Of a stretch of DNA of 41,534 bases, positions 26,278-36,012 are shown piece by piece. The DNA lies in the IMG/VR virus record IMGVR_UViG_3300027653_000027, positions 1-41,534 of that record; one strand, written 5' to 3'. The translations under genes were made by a program, and so were the position numbers. Origin of the DNA: a virus. Lineage: Duplodnaviria > Caudoviricetes. The notes beneath the pieces are model-generated. The model had not been told where the DNA came from and searched no databases. It worked only from the letters and a program-made list of their open reading frames with translations. How positions within the stretch are numbered: the stretch's first letter is position 1; each line of letters opens with the position of its first letter.

Positions 26278-26819
26278 TGTCGGTGTATAGTAAAATAAGG
26301 GATGCCCTCTATGACGGAACGGTGGCTACATACAACACAACTCCTTACTCTCCTCCTGTCATCTTTTCTCTAGGTAAAAATGAGCCTTTAGAGAGTTATG
26401 TTGTTATCAACATCCTTACCATGGAGCAAACAGGTAGGGTGGTGGAAGATGTTTTAACAGATGGCAGGGATGAAACTCTTCCTCTTAAATCCCACTTCCA
26501 AAGCTTCTACGATGTTACTGTCCAGTTTACTTTCTATGGTAGTGAAAGTGGGAGCTTGTGTGAAACCTTTCACAGGTTGTTAACAAATTACAGTGAAGTG
26601 AGACAAAGCTGGTCATATTTAGGTTTAGCTCCCGTTTCAAAAACAGATATAAGGTTTAACCCACAAAGAAGGGACACTAAGTGGGAAGACTCCTTCAACT
26701 TCGATGTTAGGTTCTCTTATAGAGTGCATGATGTCAGAGAAGTGGAGTGGGTGGAACACATCACTATGACAGTAAATGGAGGGGAACAAAAGACAATACC
26801 CCCTATCCCTTCGCCTTAA
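26277..26819 (+). CDS. tail terminator/neck protein
   Basis: 180 aa immediately upstream of the sheath; synteny. Confidence 0.6.
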   Translation: MSVYSKIRDALYDGTVATYNTTPYSPPVIFSLGKNEPLESYVVINILTMEQTGRVVEDVLTDGRDETLPLKSHFQSFYDVTVQFTFYGSESGSLCETFHRLLTNYSEVRQSWSYLGLAPVSKTDIRFNPQRRDTKWEDSFNFDVRFSYRVHDVREVEWVEHITMTVNGGEQKTIPPIPSP

Positions 26820-26856
26820 AATATTTTAATAAATCAAATAATCGAGGATTATCAAA

Positions 26857-27885
26857 TTGGCAGCAATTGATCGCTTAGTTGAGGTTTTTATTACTAAAAG
26901 CTCTCAACAAATAGACGTTACATCATTTAGCATCCCTCTCCTACTGACAGAGCATACAGAGTTCCCTGAACGTGTCCGCTCTTACGGCAGCCTTTCAAGT
27001 GTTGCAGAGGACTTTGGTGTTGGGTCTACTACATATACTATGGCACTGAGGGCTTTTGGACAACAATTGGTTTTCCCTGAAGTGCTTATTGGTCGTAAGG
27101 ATGAAGACGAAACTTATGTAGAGGCTCTCCTAGCTATTCAGGAAGAGAACGACAACTTCATCGCCGTAGTTATTGACTCACATGACCCAGCAGATGTATT
27201 GGAAATGGCTTCCACTATTCAGGCTATGGACAAGGTGTTCTTCACTTCTTCTGATGATGAAGATATTAAGTCCCCTTCTGTAGACAATGATATTGGATCA
27301 CAGCTTAGAGATGCCAGCTACGACCATACTGTCCTTATTTACTCCGCACAGGCCGATACACAATACCCAGAAGCAGCTTGGATTTATCAGCTCTTGGAAA
27401 CTCCTGGCAGCAACACTTGGGCAATGAAACGCCTTAGCGGTGTTACAGTGGATCGGTTGAGTGATTCTGATGTTAATGCACTTGAAGGTAAGAATGTAAA
27501 CTACTTCCGTCCTGTCAAGGGTGTGCCCATTATGATGACTGGCACCACCTCTGAAGGCACTTGGATTGATGAAGTTATCTTCGTTATGTGGTGGAAGGCT
27601 CGTGTTCAGGAAGCTATTTTCACAAGGATGATCCAGTCTCGAAAGATTCCTTACACCTCTATTGGTGCATCTTTGATTGAAGCTGAGATTAGGAATGTGA
27701 ATGCTCTAGGCATTGCCAATGGCGGCATTGCAGACTCTCCCTCCCCTACAGTCATTTCTCCCAACGTGTTGGCTATCCCTGAGAGCCAACGAGCCTCAAG
27801 GGTTATGGGAGATTTCTTGGTTGATTTTAGGCTCAGCGGAGGTGTCCACCGCGTAAGTGCAGTCCGAGCCACAGTCAGCGTTTAA
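26857..27885 (+). CDS. tail sheath protein (DUF3383-like)
   Basis: PGSNTWAMKRLSGV, GTWIDEV, KIPYT..G, LSGGVH motifs. Confidence 0.88.
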   Translation: MAAIDRLVEVFITKSSQQIDVTSFSIPLLLTEHTEFPERVRSYGSLSSVAEDFGVGSTTYTMALRAFGQQLVFPEVLIGRKDEDETYVEALLAIQEENDNFIAVVIDSHDPADVLEMASTIQAMDKVFFTSSDDEDIKSPSVDNDIGSQLRDASYDHTVLIYSAQADTQYPEAAWIYQLLETPGSNTWAMKRLSGVTVDRLSDSDVNALEGKNVNYFRPVKGVPIMMTGTTSEGTWIDEVIFVMWWKARVQEAIFTRMIQSRKIPYTSIGASLIEAEIRNVNALGIANGGIADSPSPTVISPNVLAIPESQRASRVMGDFLVDFRLSGGVHRVSAVRATVSV

Positions 27886-27888
27886 TAA

Positions 27889-27943
27889 TTGACAAACAGA
27901 GCACTCCCGAGTAAAATTACACGATTAATCAGAAAAGGAGTGC
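27889..27943 (+). promoter_or_regulatory. internal promoter plus RBS-sequestering stem for the HNH gene
   Basis: TTGACA(27889)-17 nt-TAAAAT(27912); GCACTCC (27901-27907) complements GGAGTGC (27937-27943), which contains the RBS. Confidence 0.75.
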
Positions 27944-27949
27944 CACTTA

Positions 27950-28708
27950 ATGTCAAAACCAAGTATATTTATAGGGGACAAGTTTGTTTCTAAAAACGGG
28001 CAAGTTTGTGAAGTAGTTGAGTACATCAACTCCAGTAAGGTGTTTGTTAGGTTCGAGAACGGTTATGTCGGGCCATATTCGGCGGGTAACTTAAGAAAGG
28101 GTGAGTTTAGTAATCCACTATTCCCGAATGTCTGTGGTATAGGTTACCTCGGCATCGGAGAGTTCAAGATTAGTGAGCGCGGTAAGAAAACCTATGCCTA
28201 CAAGAAATGGAACCATATGATTGAAAGGTGTTATGGAAGCACCCAAGAGAGGTATGCCCCCACGTATGCAGGATGTTCTGTTGAACCGATCTGGCATAAC
28301 TTCCAGAACTTCGCCGCTTGGATTAAAACTCAGAAAGGTTATGGGAAGAGTGGTTGGCACTTGGATAAGGATATCATCTGTCCCGGAAATAAAGTTTACG
28401 GACCAGAAAAATGTAGTCTTGTCCCAGCTGCTGTAAATACATTCTTTTCTAAGCCAAGAAGAGGTAATGACCTACCAGTAGGCGTAAATCGCTCGCTGAA
28501 TAAATATACAGCAGAAGCTAGGTTCTTGAATAAAACTACCCACTTGGGGACGTTCTCTACACCAGATGATGCACACTCGGCGTTCTTACAATTCAAGAAA
28601 TCTTCAACAGTGAAGCTTATTGAACTGTTTAGGGAAGATTTAGAACCGAAGATTTTGGAGGCGCTGACGTTTTATGCAAAAGAAGGTTTCCCTTATGAAA
28701 AGCTTTAA
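27950..28708 (+). CDS. free-standing HNH-type homing endonuclease with C-terminal AP2-like domain
   Basis: WNHMIERCY, WHNFQNFAAW, WHLDKDII...YGPEKC..VP..VN, LPVGV, HLGTF.TP..AH. Confidence 0.9.
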   Translation: MSKPSIFIGDKFVSKNGQVCEVVEYINSSKVFVRFENGYVGPYSAGNLRKGEFSNPLFPNVCGIGYLGIGEFKISERGKKTYAYKKWNHMIERCYGSTQERYAPTYAGCSVEPIWHNFQNFAAWIKTQKGYGKSGWHLDKDIICPGNKVYGPEKCSLVPAAVNTFFSKPRRGNDLPVGVNRSLNKYTAEARFLNKTTHLGTFSTPDDAHSAFLQFKKSSTVKLIELFREDLEPKILEALTFYAKEGFPYEKL

Positions 28709-28748
28709 AATATTGACAATTTGTCAACTTCAAACAAAGGATTAGTAA

Positions 28749-29270
28749 ATGTCTGCAAATCTGTTGTCTACTTACTCTCCCGAAGCAGTAAGTATTATTA
28801 TTGGGAATGATCAGTTTAGTCATGTAGTGACTGGTGTTGCCGAAGAAACCTTCATCACCATCTCAAGGGAAACTCCCGCCACCCAGTTGGTTATTGGTGG
28901 TGATATGAGTGCTATGCGCATTCGTCGGCGGAACAGGTCTTCTACTATCACCATTACGTTGATGCAAGGAAGTAATTCCAACGATGTGTTTAGTCAAATC
29001 TTGAAGAATGACGAAGACGCAATGAACAACGACTGGTTGTTCCATGTAACCATTAAGGATGGTAGTGGGCGTTCTGTATTCTTCAGTCCTCAAGCTTATA
29101 TCGCCAACATGCCTGACATTAGTTTTGGCACAGAAGGTGATAACAGGGATTGGGTGATACAGTGTATCGACCTTGATGCCCACGTAGGTGGTGGTGCCCT
29201 CCTTACACCGGAGAACTCTACCACTCTGGAAGATGTTGGTTATCCCGTTCCCCCCGGTTGGTTGACTTAA
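28749..29270 (+). CDS. tail tube protein (DUF3277-like)
   Basis: TYSPEAV, ITLMQGSNSNDV, IKDGSG, RDWVI. Confidence 0.85.
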   Translation: MSANLLSTYSPEAVSIIIGNDQFSHVVTGVAEETFITISRETPATQLVIGGDMSAMRIRRRNRSSTITITLMQGSNSNDVFSQILKNDEDAMNNDWLFHVTIKDGSGRSVFFSPQAYIANMPDISFGTEGDNRDWVIQCIDLDAHVGGGALLTPENSTTLEDVGYPVPPGWLT

Positions 29271-29273
29271 TGT

Positions 29274-29304
29274 ATAGGGGGCTTCGTGCCCCTATTTTTC
29301 TTTC
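29274..29304 (+). terminator. intrinsic terminator after the tail tube gene
   Basis: ATAGGGG...CCCCTAT stem followed by TTTTCTTT. Confidence 0.75.
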
Positions 29305-29319
29305 TCTAAAGGAATAACA

Positions 29320-29808
29320 ATGAATTTATGGACGTATAGCCCTGAAGAAGTAGTGGTCCTTGTTATGGGGGTTCCTTTGGAGGGTATGGAAGAAGAGGGG
29401 TTTGTCTCTATTAGGAGGGATTCTCCTCTCTTCACTTCTACCTCCACTACAGATGGAAGGGTGGTGAGGGCATACAAACCTAATGATATTTGGGAAATAC
29501 GATTCAACCTCTTGCAAGCAAGCCCCTCTAATGGGTTTCTTAATAAGTTGATGCTTATTGACAGGCTTACAAAAAGAGGGAAGTTTCCTTTGATGATTAA
29601 GGATGGTATGGGAGGGACATTGGCATTCTCTACAAGTACATGGATAGAAGAGCCTCCAGAGGTGGTGTATGGGGTGGAGAATGAGGGAAGGGAGTGGGTG
29701 TTAAGGAGTGCAAACACTGTCATTAATATTGAGGGTAATGTAGGACAAACAGAGCTTGCAGCGGATGCCCTAAACACCATTATTGGAGCCATCCCCGGCT
29801 TATTGTGA
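29320..29808 (+). CDS. tail tube-like structural protein
   Basis: TYSPEEV, LLQASPSN, IKDGMG, REWVL: paralogous to 28749-29270. Confidence 0.75.
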   Translation: MNLWTYSPEEVVVLVMGVPLEGMEEEGFVSIRRDSPLFTSTSTTDGRVVRAYKPNDIWEIRFNLLQASPSNGFLNKLMLIDRLTKRGKFPLMIKDGMGGTLAFSTSTWIEEPPEVVYGVENEGREWVLRSANTVINIEGNVGQTELAADALNTIIGAIPGLL

Positions 29809-29817
29809 GGAATGTAA

Positions 29818-30294
29818 ATGAGCACTCTTACATACAGCCCTGATAAAGTATCCCTGATATTTGGTGGGTATCAGGTAGAAGGTTGGAATAAAATCACCAT
29901 TGAAAGAAATACAGAATTTGTAAAACAGATTAGGGGGATAAGAGGAAAGAATTCTAAGGAAGTGGGCAGGGACACAAGCTGTACAATAGTGCTGTCCACA
30001 CCACAAGCGATGGAAGTGAATACAATCCTCTCCTTAATCTTAAAGAATGAAGAAGAAACAAAGGGGAAAGTTAGGCTCGAAATATCCTTGAAAGACGACT
30101 CTGGTAAGTCTATATTCACATCTATAGAGTGTTATATAGGAGGGTGGCCCAAGGTGGAATACACCGACACACTTACAGACGTAGAATGGAAGTTTTTGTG
30201 TGACAGCTCGGAGTGGAATATTACAGGAAGTGAGGCTAACAGAAACTCTCTTGTGGATATGATAAATGGCTCTATTGGCCAATTGTTTAGTTAA
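29818..30294 (+). CDS. tail tube-like structural protein
   Basis: TYSPDKV, LKDDSG, VEWKF: second paralog. Confidence 0.75.
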   Translation: MSTLTYSPDKVSLIFGGYQVEGWNKITIERNTEFVKQIRGIRGKNSKEVGRDTSCTIVLSTPQAMEVNTILSLILKNEEETKGKVRLEISLKDDSGKSIFTSIECYIGGWPKVEYTDTLTDVEWKFLCDSSEWNITGSEANRNSLVDMINGSIGQLFS

Positions 30295-30309
30295 TGTTTA
30301 GGAGGAATT

Positions 30310-30612
30310 ATGAGCGAAGAATTTAAAGAAATTAGTGTAGACGGCGAAGATTATATCCTGCGACTTATGCCTGCAATGGAAGGTTTGGACTTCATGACCC
30401 GAATGGAGAAAGAGGGCATGACCGGAGCCTTGATCTTTAAGGCAGTGAGGGATTGTGTTGCTATCGGTAGCACTACCTTTGATGAAAAGAAGTTTAACAA
30501 CCACTTCAAAGGTAAATATGGCCATCTGATGAGAGTAGTTGAGAAGGTTGTTGAATTCAACTTCCCCGACCTATATCAGGGAAACGAACAAAGCGATTCA
30601 GAAGAAGAATAA
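30310..30612 (+). CDS. tail assembly chaperone
   Basis: 100 aa before the tape measure gene; slippery G GGA AAC at 30579-30585. Confidence 0.8.
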   Translation: MSEEFKEISVDGEDYILRLMPAMEGLDFMTRMEKEGMTGALIFKAVRDCVAIGSTTFDEKKFNNHFKGKYGHLMRVVEKVVEFNFPDLYQGNEQSDSEEE

Positions 30613-30851
30613 AATCTGGATCGCCCTCACAAAACCCCAGACTAAAAATAATTGAAAAAGAGTTTAGCGGCAATTATGATGTAATGAGGGTGATATTCTC
30701 TACAGATAATCCCATAGAAACCTTGTACAACCTTCACTACAAGTATCCCACAAAGCTATTCTATGATTACATAGAGTATCTTGATGTTCATGAGGAACTT
30801 AAGTCTGTGGCTAAGAAGGAGAGCGAGGACAGGGCTAAGAAGGCAAAATAA
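30579..30851 (+). CDS. -1 frameshift extension of the tail assembly chaperone (fusion ~180 aa)
   Basis: -1 frame open from GGGAAAC to TAA 30849-30851 (GKRTKRFRRRIKSGSP...YDYIEYLDVHEELK...KAK); analogous to lambda G-T. Confidence 0.75.
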   Translation, partial: GKRTKRFRRRIKSGSPSQNPRLKIIEKEFSGNYDVMRVIFSTDNPIETLYNLHYKYPTKLFYDYIEYLDVHEELKSVAKKESEDRAKKAK

Positions 30852-30872
30852 GATAAGAGGGATAGTTGAAAG

Positions 30873-33224
30873 ATGAAACCTGTAGCGGATTTTTACTCCT
30901 CGTTTGGGATCAATGTAAGAACAAACGACATAAGGAAAGTAGATAGATATCTTGGTTTAGTTGAAAGGAAAATGAGAAGGTTTCAAGAGAGGACATCTAA
31001 AAACCTCTCACTAAACTTCTCAAGGTTTTCCTTAAGCCAGAGCGCTCTTAGAGCTTCTTTGGGGGCGGCTCTTGATAGAGCGAGCAAGAGCGTCACTTTC
31101 GAGATTAGTCAGTTTGCCGTTAACGACAGGAACATGAAAGCAGCCCTTCTGCGGTCTTCTCGTAGGGTAGGAAGAGAAGTAGGACAGATGCAAGGTGGTA
31201 TTAGAGGAACCACCACAATCGTCAACAACTACTCAGGAGGATTAGGAAGGCGTTCGGCAGGGATAATGGGAGACGGAAGAAACCTCCTCTATGCTGGTGG
31301 TGGTGCTGGTCTTATTGCAAGACAAGGTATTGGAGCTGTCCCCCTCATTGGCGGTGCTTATGGCCTCTCTCGTCTTAACAGAGCACACCAAGAAATCTTT
31401 GTAGCCCCCCTCACTACACAAGCTGTTGTTCAGGCCCAAGGGTATAGCGAACAGGCTGGTGTTGAGACGTTTGGTTGGCTCAAACAACAGGCTGATGGGA
31501 TTGGCTTCTCCTATATGGATGCTGCCCCCGACTTCAACCAAATCTTGTCCAACGCACTGGGCGCTGGGTTGGATATTGAAGGAACTCAAGACATCTTTAA
31601 GGGGTTTAACGAATACCAAACAGCAATGGGTATCACCCCCTATAGACGCAAGCTTATCAACAACGCAATGAGCCAGATGTTGGGTAAGGGCACAGTTACT
31701 CAGGAAGAGTTGCGTAGGCAGATGTCTGAATCTCTTCCCGGCACAATGAGTATATTTGGTGAAGCTTTAGCCACCTTGACGGGAAGCGGTCTTACGGGAC
31801 AAGCTGCTATTGAGGAGCTTTATAGGGCTGTAGAAGCTGGAGAAGTAGTTTCAGCAGAAATTCTTCCTATCGTAGCTGAGGTGATGTCCAGAAGGGCACA
31901 ACCTAAGCTTGGTATTATGAAGAAGTCTTCTATTGCTGAGTCTGCAAGAGTGGTGAACGCTTGGCATGAACTCTTGACAAGATTCTCTGAGGCGGGGGGA
32001 GAGAAAGGGTTTGCCGCATTCTTCAGGGCAGCAGCAGAACAGCTTCCTCGCCTCACTCCTCTTGTAGAAGGGCTTGGAGCAGCGTTTTATAAGTTAGGAA
32101 ATATTGTAGAGCCTGTCTTCAGAATGTTTGCCAACTACGTCCAAATCATCACTGACGTAAAAAGATCGTTTGATGAGATTGACCCCTCTATAGCCAAAGT
32201 GGCTGGAACACTTCTTCTCCTTACAACAAGGATAGGAAGGCTTATGTTACCATTCACAGCCTTCTACCTAATACTTGAAGACATAGCTGTAGGCTTGTCT
32301 GGTGGCATCTCCTACACCAATGATTTGTTCACCTTCCTAGATAGGTTTGTCTCTTATGATAAGAAGGTTCTTGGTTTAACTATGGCTGTCTTAACTCTCG
32401 TGGCTGCATTCAAGCTATTGAGGGGCATAGGGAGCATAGGGCTGCCGGGAGGAAAGGGAGACAATAAAGAGAAGGGAGGCAGAGGAAGAGGCAGAGGGCT
32501 GTTCGGGGGTTTGCTGTTAGGGGGATTGGCAAGGGGGGCGTGGTCACTTCTCTCAAACCCTTATGTATCTGTTCCCCTTGGTTTAGGGGGAGTTGGATAC
32601 TGGGGATACAACACAGACGCCTTTCAGTCCACCCTTGTGTCTTCTCCAGACAAGTGGTTAAACCTGCTTGCTCATACAGCGGCAGGAGCGGTGGGGTATA
32701 AGGAACAGAGGGAGTATTGGAACAACATCTTTAGCTCATCTAGTAGAGGGGCTTTGGTGGGTAGTGATGTTGAGAATCTCTTTAGTTCCACCCAAAGAGG
32801 AAGAGAGTGGTTAACTTCTTACCTAGAGGGGGAATCTAAATTAAACCCAGATGGAACTGTGGGTAAGTGGGCACCTGATGAAAGAGAGCAAGCATTTGAA
32901 GAGTTGGCTACCAGAATCAATGAAGCTTATTCATCTTCTAGGATGATTAGGGAGGGAGAATACTCTGGACCTCTTTTGTGGTCAGGAGGAGACATAGCTT
33001 CCAGCATTCCTAATGGTCCCTCAAGTTATGTAGAGAATATAAACAATTCTTCTACAACGAACAGCCCCACTGTCACTAACGAGATTAACATCACTGCTGA
33101 TGGTGTTGTTGATCCTGAAGGACTGAGGGGAATGATAGAAGGACTTATGCCAGAGCTTGAGTCAGTGACGGAAAGAGCCTTGCAGGGAATATTATCAACC
33201 ACTCAAGATGCCTATGGAGGGTAG
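30873..33224 (+). CDS. tape measure protein
   Basis: 783 aa; AMSQMLGKGTVTQEELRRQMSESLPG tape-measure motif. Confidence 0.92.
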   Translation: MKPVADFYSSFGINVRTNDIRKVDRYLGLVERKMRRFQERTSKNLSLNFSRFSLSQSALRASLGAALDRASKSVTFEISQFAVNDRNMKAALLRSSRRVGREVGQMQGGIRGTTTIVNNYSGGLGRRSAGIMGDGRNLLYAGGGAGLIARQGIGAVPLIGGAYGLSRLNRAHQEIFVAPLTTQAVVQAQGYSEQAGVETFGWLKQQADGIGFSYMDAAPDFNQILSNALGAGLDIEGTQDIFKGFNEYQTAMGITPYRRKLINNAMSQMLGKGTVTQEELRRQMSESLPGTMSIFGEALATLTGSGLTGQAAIEELYRAVEAGEVVSAEILPIVAEVMSRRAQPKLGIMKKSSIAESARVVNAWHELLTRFSEAGGEKGFAAFFRAAAEQLPRLTPLVEGLGAAFYKLGNIVEPVFRMFANYVQIITDVKRSFDEIDPSIAKVAGTLLLLTTRIGRLMLPFTAFYLILEDIAVGLSGGISYTNDLFTFLDRFVSYDKKVLGLTMAVLTLVAAFKLLRGIGSIGLPGGKGDNKEKGGRGRGRGLFGGLLLGGLARGAWSLLSNPYVSVPLGLGGVGYWGYNTDAFQSTLVSSPDKWLNLLAHTAAGAVGYKEQREYWNNIFSSSSRGALVGSDVENLFSSTQRGREWLTSYLEGESKLNPDGTVGKWAPDEREQAFEELATRINEAYSSSRMIREGEYSGPLLWSGGDIASSIPNGPSSYVENINNSSTTNSPTVTNEINITADGVVDPEGLRGMIEGLMPELESVTERALQGILSTTQDAYGG

Positions 33225-33227
33225 AGA

Positions 33228-34322
33228 ATGTCTTTAGCTTTACAGTTTGGGGATGGTTCTTCCTCCGAAGAGATGAGTGCTCTTTATTACATAAACGTAG
33301 TTCAAAACTATGTTAAAGATACAAAGGGCACACTATCAAAGCATCCTCTTGACTCTGGAGTGAGGATAGGAGACCACTTCACGGCAGACAACATGACTTT
33401 CCAGATAAAGGGAGTCATCACCTCTGCCGATATCACCTTTGCAGCCTACACCACTTCTTTTAGTGCAACAGGGCAGAATAATTTACAACAAACTTCTCCT
33501 CCTATGGCTATTCAGATCGAAGATGGGGAAAGTAGTCTTAATAAGGTCCTCCCTGATGCAATAGGTCAGTTTCTATCTCCCCTTGAGCCTACTATCATAG
33601 GGGAAACCACTGAGGTGGTGGAGTATGGCATCTCCTTTAGTGAATTTATAGAGAAGATGATTCTTGAGGTGATCTATAACAGAGAGACGGGAGTATTTAG
33701 GAATAGTATTGTTCCCGTCACTCTGTATGAGATGGAAGGTAATAACTACTTCAAGAAAGCTCCCTACACCAACCTAGTAGTCACAAGCTTTAGAGTGACA
33801 GAAACCCCAGATACGGGGAATGGATGTCACTTTGATATGACCCTTGAGCAAACAAGGGCTGTAGAGCTTGTAAGAGGCGAATACCCTGTTGATGTTGGGG
33901 AGGAGACAGAGGATAAAGGTAAGGCTGACTCTACAGAAGAGCCTGTTACAGAAGAAGAAGTAGAAGCTGCACAGGTAAGTCAATTAAAGGTACTCACCAC
34001 AAGAGATAAGAGGGTGAACCTTCCTCTCCACAAAGAGAAGGACTACTCTTACTCAGTGGTGTTGGATGGAGTGGCTACAGAGGTGAGGCTGTTCTATACA
34101 GAAGCTTCCGATGGCTGGTTTATGGACCTAAAAGAAGAAGGGGCTGACTACTTTGTAAGGGGCATGAGGATAGTTCCAGACTACCCCATGACTCTTGACT
34201 ATCCTACAGTTCCTCTTAAAGGATACTTCTTACTAGAGTCTATTGGTAACAGTAACCACAAGTTTAAAGAAGATGCCGCCAACCTGCACAAGTGGTTTAA
34301 ATTTAGCTTCATAAGAACATAA
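33228..34322 (+). CDS. baseplate/tail initiator protein, apparently fused to a downstream baseplate domain
   Basis: SKHPLDSG..IGDH N-terminal domain, acidic linker, then YSYSVVLDG...WFMDL...GMRIVPDYP domain. Confidence 0.7.
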   Translation: MSLALQFGDGSSSEEMSALYYINVVQNYVKDTKGTLSKHPLDSGVRIGDHFTADNMTFQIKGVITSADITFAAYTTSFSATGQNNLQQTSPPMAIQIEDGESSLNKVLPDAIGQFLSPLEPTIIGETTEVVEYGISFSEFIEKMILEVIYNRETGVFRNSIVPVTLYEMEGNNYFKKAPYTNLVVTSFRVTETPDTGNGCHFDMTLEQTRAVELVRGEYPVDVGEETEDKGKADSTEEPVTEEEVEAAQVSQLKVLTTRDKRVNLPLHKEKDYSYSVVLDGVATEVRLFYTEASDGWFMDLKEEGADYFVRGMRIVPDYPMTLDYPTVPLKGYFLLESIGNSNHKFKEDAANLHKWFKFSFIRT

Positions 34323-34341
34323 ATAGCATTGAGGAGTGGAC

Positions 34342-35223
34342 ATGGTTGCAAGAGTGTTACAAACAAACAGAATCTACTCCTTGTCTGTATGGGACACCTC
34401 TGAAGGGTCTGGGTGGGATATAAGGGATCTTCACATCACCTTTGACATAAGTAAAATGTCAGACAACTCTAAGAAAGACAACACAGCCACTATTGATATA
34501 TATAACCTATCAAAAGAGAAACAAAGGTTCTTAGAGAAGAGTTATATCTCAGCAGTGTTGGAAGTGGGGTATGTTGGGACAGGACTAAAAAGGTTGTTTG
34601 CAGGAAAGGTGGTAGATGCCTCTACTAGGAGTAAAGAGGGGGATGTCATCACAACTTTAAGGATAGGAGCGGCTTACACAGAGCTAAACCACAAAACACT
34701 GAGTAAGCTGATACCTGATGGCAGCACCGTAAAGGATGTATTAGAGGAAGTGGCAGAAGCTCTAGGAACGTCCAGAAACCTGATCACAGGAGTTAATTGT
34801 AACAACCCTGTTCTTGACGGCTACCCTGTCAGCGGAACACCTAAGTCTGTGTTGAATGAAGTGTGTAACGCCAATAAGATGGAATGGTCTTTAGATGATG
34901 ACGTTCTTTATGTGAGAGATAAGGGCGATAGCCATACGCAGAATATGGAGAGTGTAGTAGTTATTTCACAAGCCTCTGGTCTTATAGAAAGACCCTACCT
35001 AACTAAGTCCCCTGATGGTAAATCTAAAGCCAATAAAGAGACAAAGAAGGGTGGCTTACAGTTTAGGTGTCTCTTAAACCCAGAGTTGGTTCCAGGCTCT
35101 CTTATCAAGCTAGAATACGAAGAGTTGACAGGGCACTACAGGATTGATTCTATAAGGGCTTTTGGGGGATGGAGAGATAATAACTGGTATATGGATATTA
35201 AGTTAACTGAGAGGGTGGGATGA
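34342..35223 (+). CDS. baseplate hub protein
   Basis: ATIDIYNLS, LEVGY, LF.G.V, SGLI..P, CLLNPEL.PG; ATG 34342 follows GAGGAG (alternative GTG 34336). Confidence 0.8.
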   Translation: MVARVLQTNRIYSLSVWDTSEGSGWDIRDLHITFDISKMSDNSKKDNTATIDIYNLSKEKQRFLEKSYISAVLEVGYVGTGLKRLFAGKVVDASTRSKEGDVITTLRIGAAYTELNHKTLSKLIPDGSTVKDVLEEVAEALGTSRNLITGVNCNNPVLDGYPVSGTPKSVLNEVCNANKMEWSLDDDVLYVRDKGDSHTQNMESVVVISQASGLIERPYLTKSPDGKSKANKETKKGGLQFRCLLNPELVPGSLIKLEYEELTGHYRIDSIRAFGGWRDNNWYMDIKLTERVG

Positions 35224-36011
35224 CACAACCAGCAACTTTACAATCTGTTTTGGAGAAATCTTTCCAAAAACAAACAGATAACATGTTTACATCAATACCC
35301 GGAATAGTGGTTTATGTAAGAAACAAACTATCTTCTCTGTCTGTAGATGTCCAGCCTGCTATAAATATAGTAAGAGAGGATGGTACAGAAACAGAAGTTC
35401 CTACTATCCTCAACGTCCCTGTCAGTATGCCTGTTAACTTTGAGGGCGGCCTAACCCATCCATTGAAGGCAGGAGATAGTGTCTACCTCATCTTCTCTAT
35501 GAGAGGGATAGATTTATGGAAGAGGGGTGATGGCAGTCTTACAAGGCCAAGCGACTATAGAAAGTTTAATATTAAAGACTGTGTGGCAATCCCCATTCAA
35601 ACCTTTTCCAAGAGTGTAAACAACCCTTTATTAAGGGAATGGCCCCATTCTACTGATGATGTTGTCTTATTCCATAATGTTGGGACAGGAAGAGAGTGTG
35701 AAATAAGGTTGAAGCCTTCTGGTGATGTAGTAATTAATACAAATCACGAAGTGACGGTGAATGCCAATAAAGTAGAGGTGAATGCAAGCGAAGATGCAGT
35801 GGTGAACGCCAACAAAGTGGAGGTTAACTCCCAAACCACTGATGTGTATTCCCCACAATCCACTTTTTATGGCGATGTTCAAATTACAGGGACAGCTACA
35901 ATAGACGTTGATGCCGTAATTGGAGGCATATCATTTAATAGTCACACACATGGTATCTCTTCTGGTAGTAGTGCTCCTGGACCTACTCTTCCCCCCACTC
36001 CTGGAGTTTGA
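35220..36011 (+). CDS. baseplate central spike protein
   Basis: VDVQP, ILNVPV..P, PLKAGD, beta-helix repeats VNANKVEVN x2, C-terminal HTH iron-binding motif (SHTHG). Confidence 0.85.
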   Translation: MTQPATLQSVLEKSFQKQTDNMFTSIPGIVVYVRNKLSSLSVDVQPAINIVREDGTETEVPTILNVPVSMPVNFEGGLTHPLKAGDSVYLIFSMRGIDLWKRGDGSLTRPSDYRKFNIKDCVAIPIQTFSKSVNNPLLREWPHSTDDVVLFHNVGTGRECEIRLKPSGDVVINTNHEVTVNANKVEVNASEDAVVNANKVEVNSQTTDVYSPQSTFYGDVQITGTATIDVDAVIGGISFNSHTHGISSGSSAPGPTLPPTPGV

Positions 36012-36012
36012 T

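Noticed and set aside
28713-28727. TTGACAA-T-TTGTCAA palindrome after the HNH gene as a promoter or operator
   Set aside because: No -10 at proper spacing and only a single occurrence, so no function can be supported
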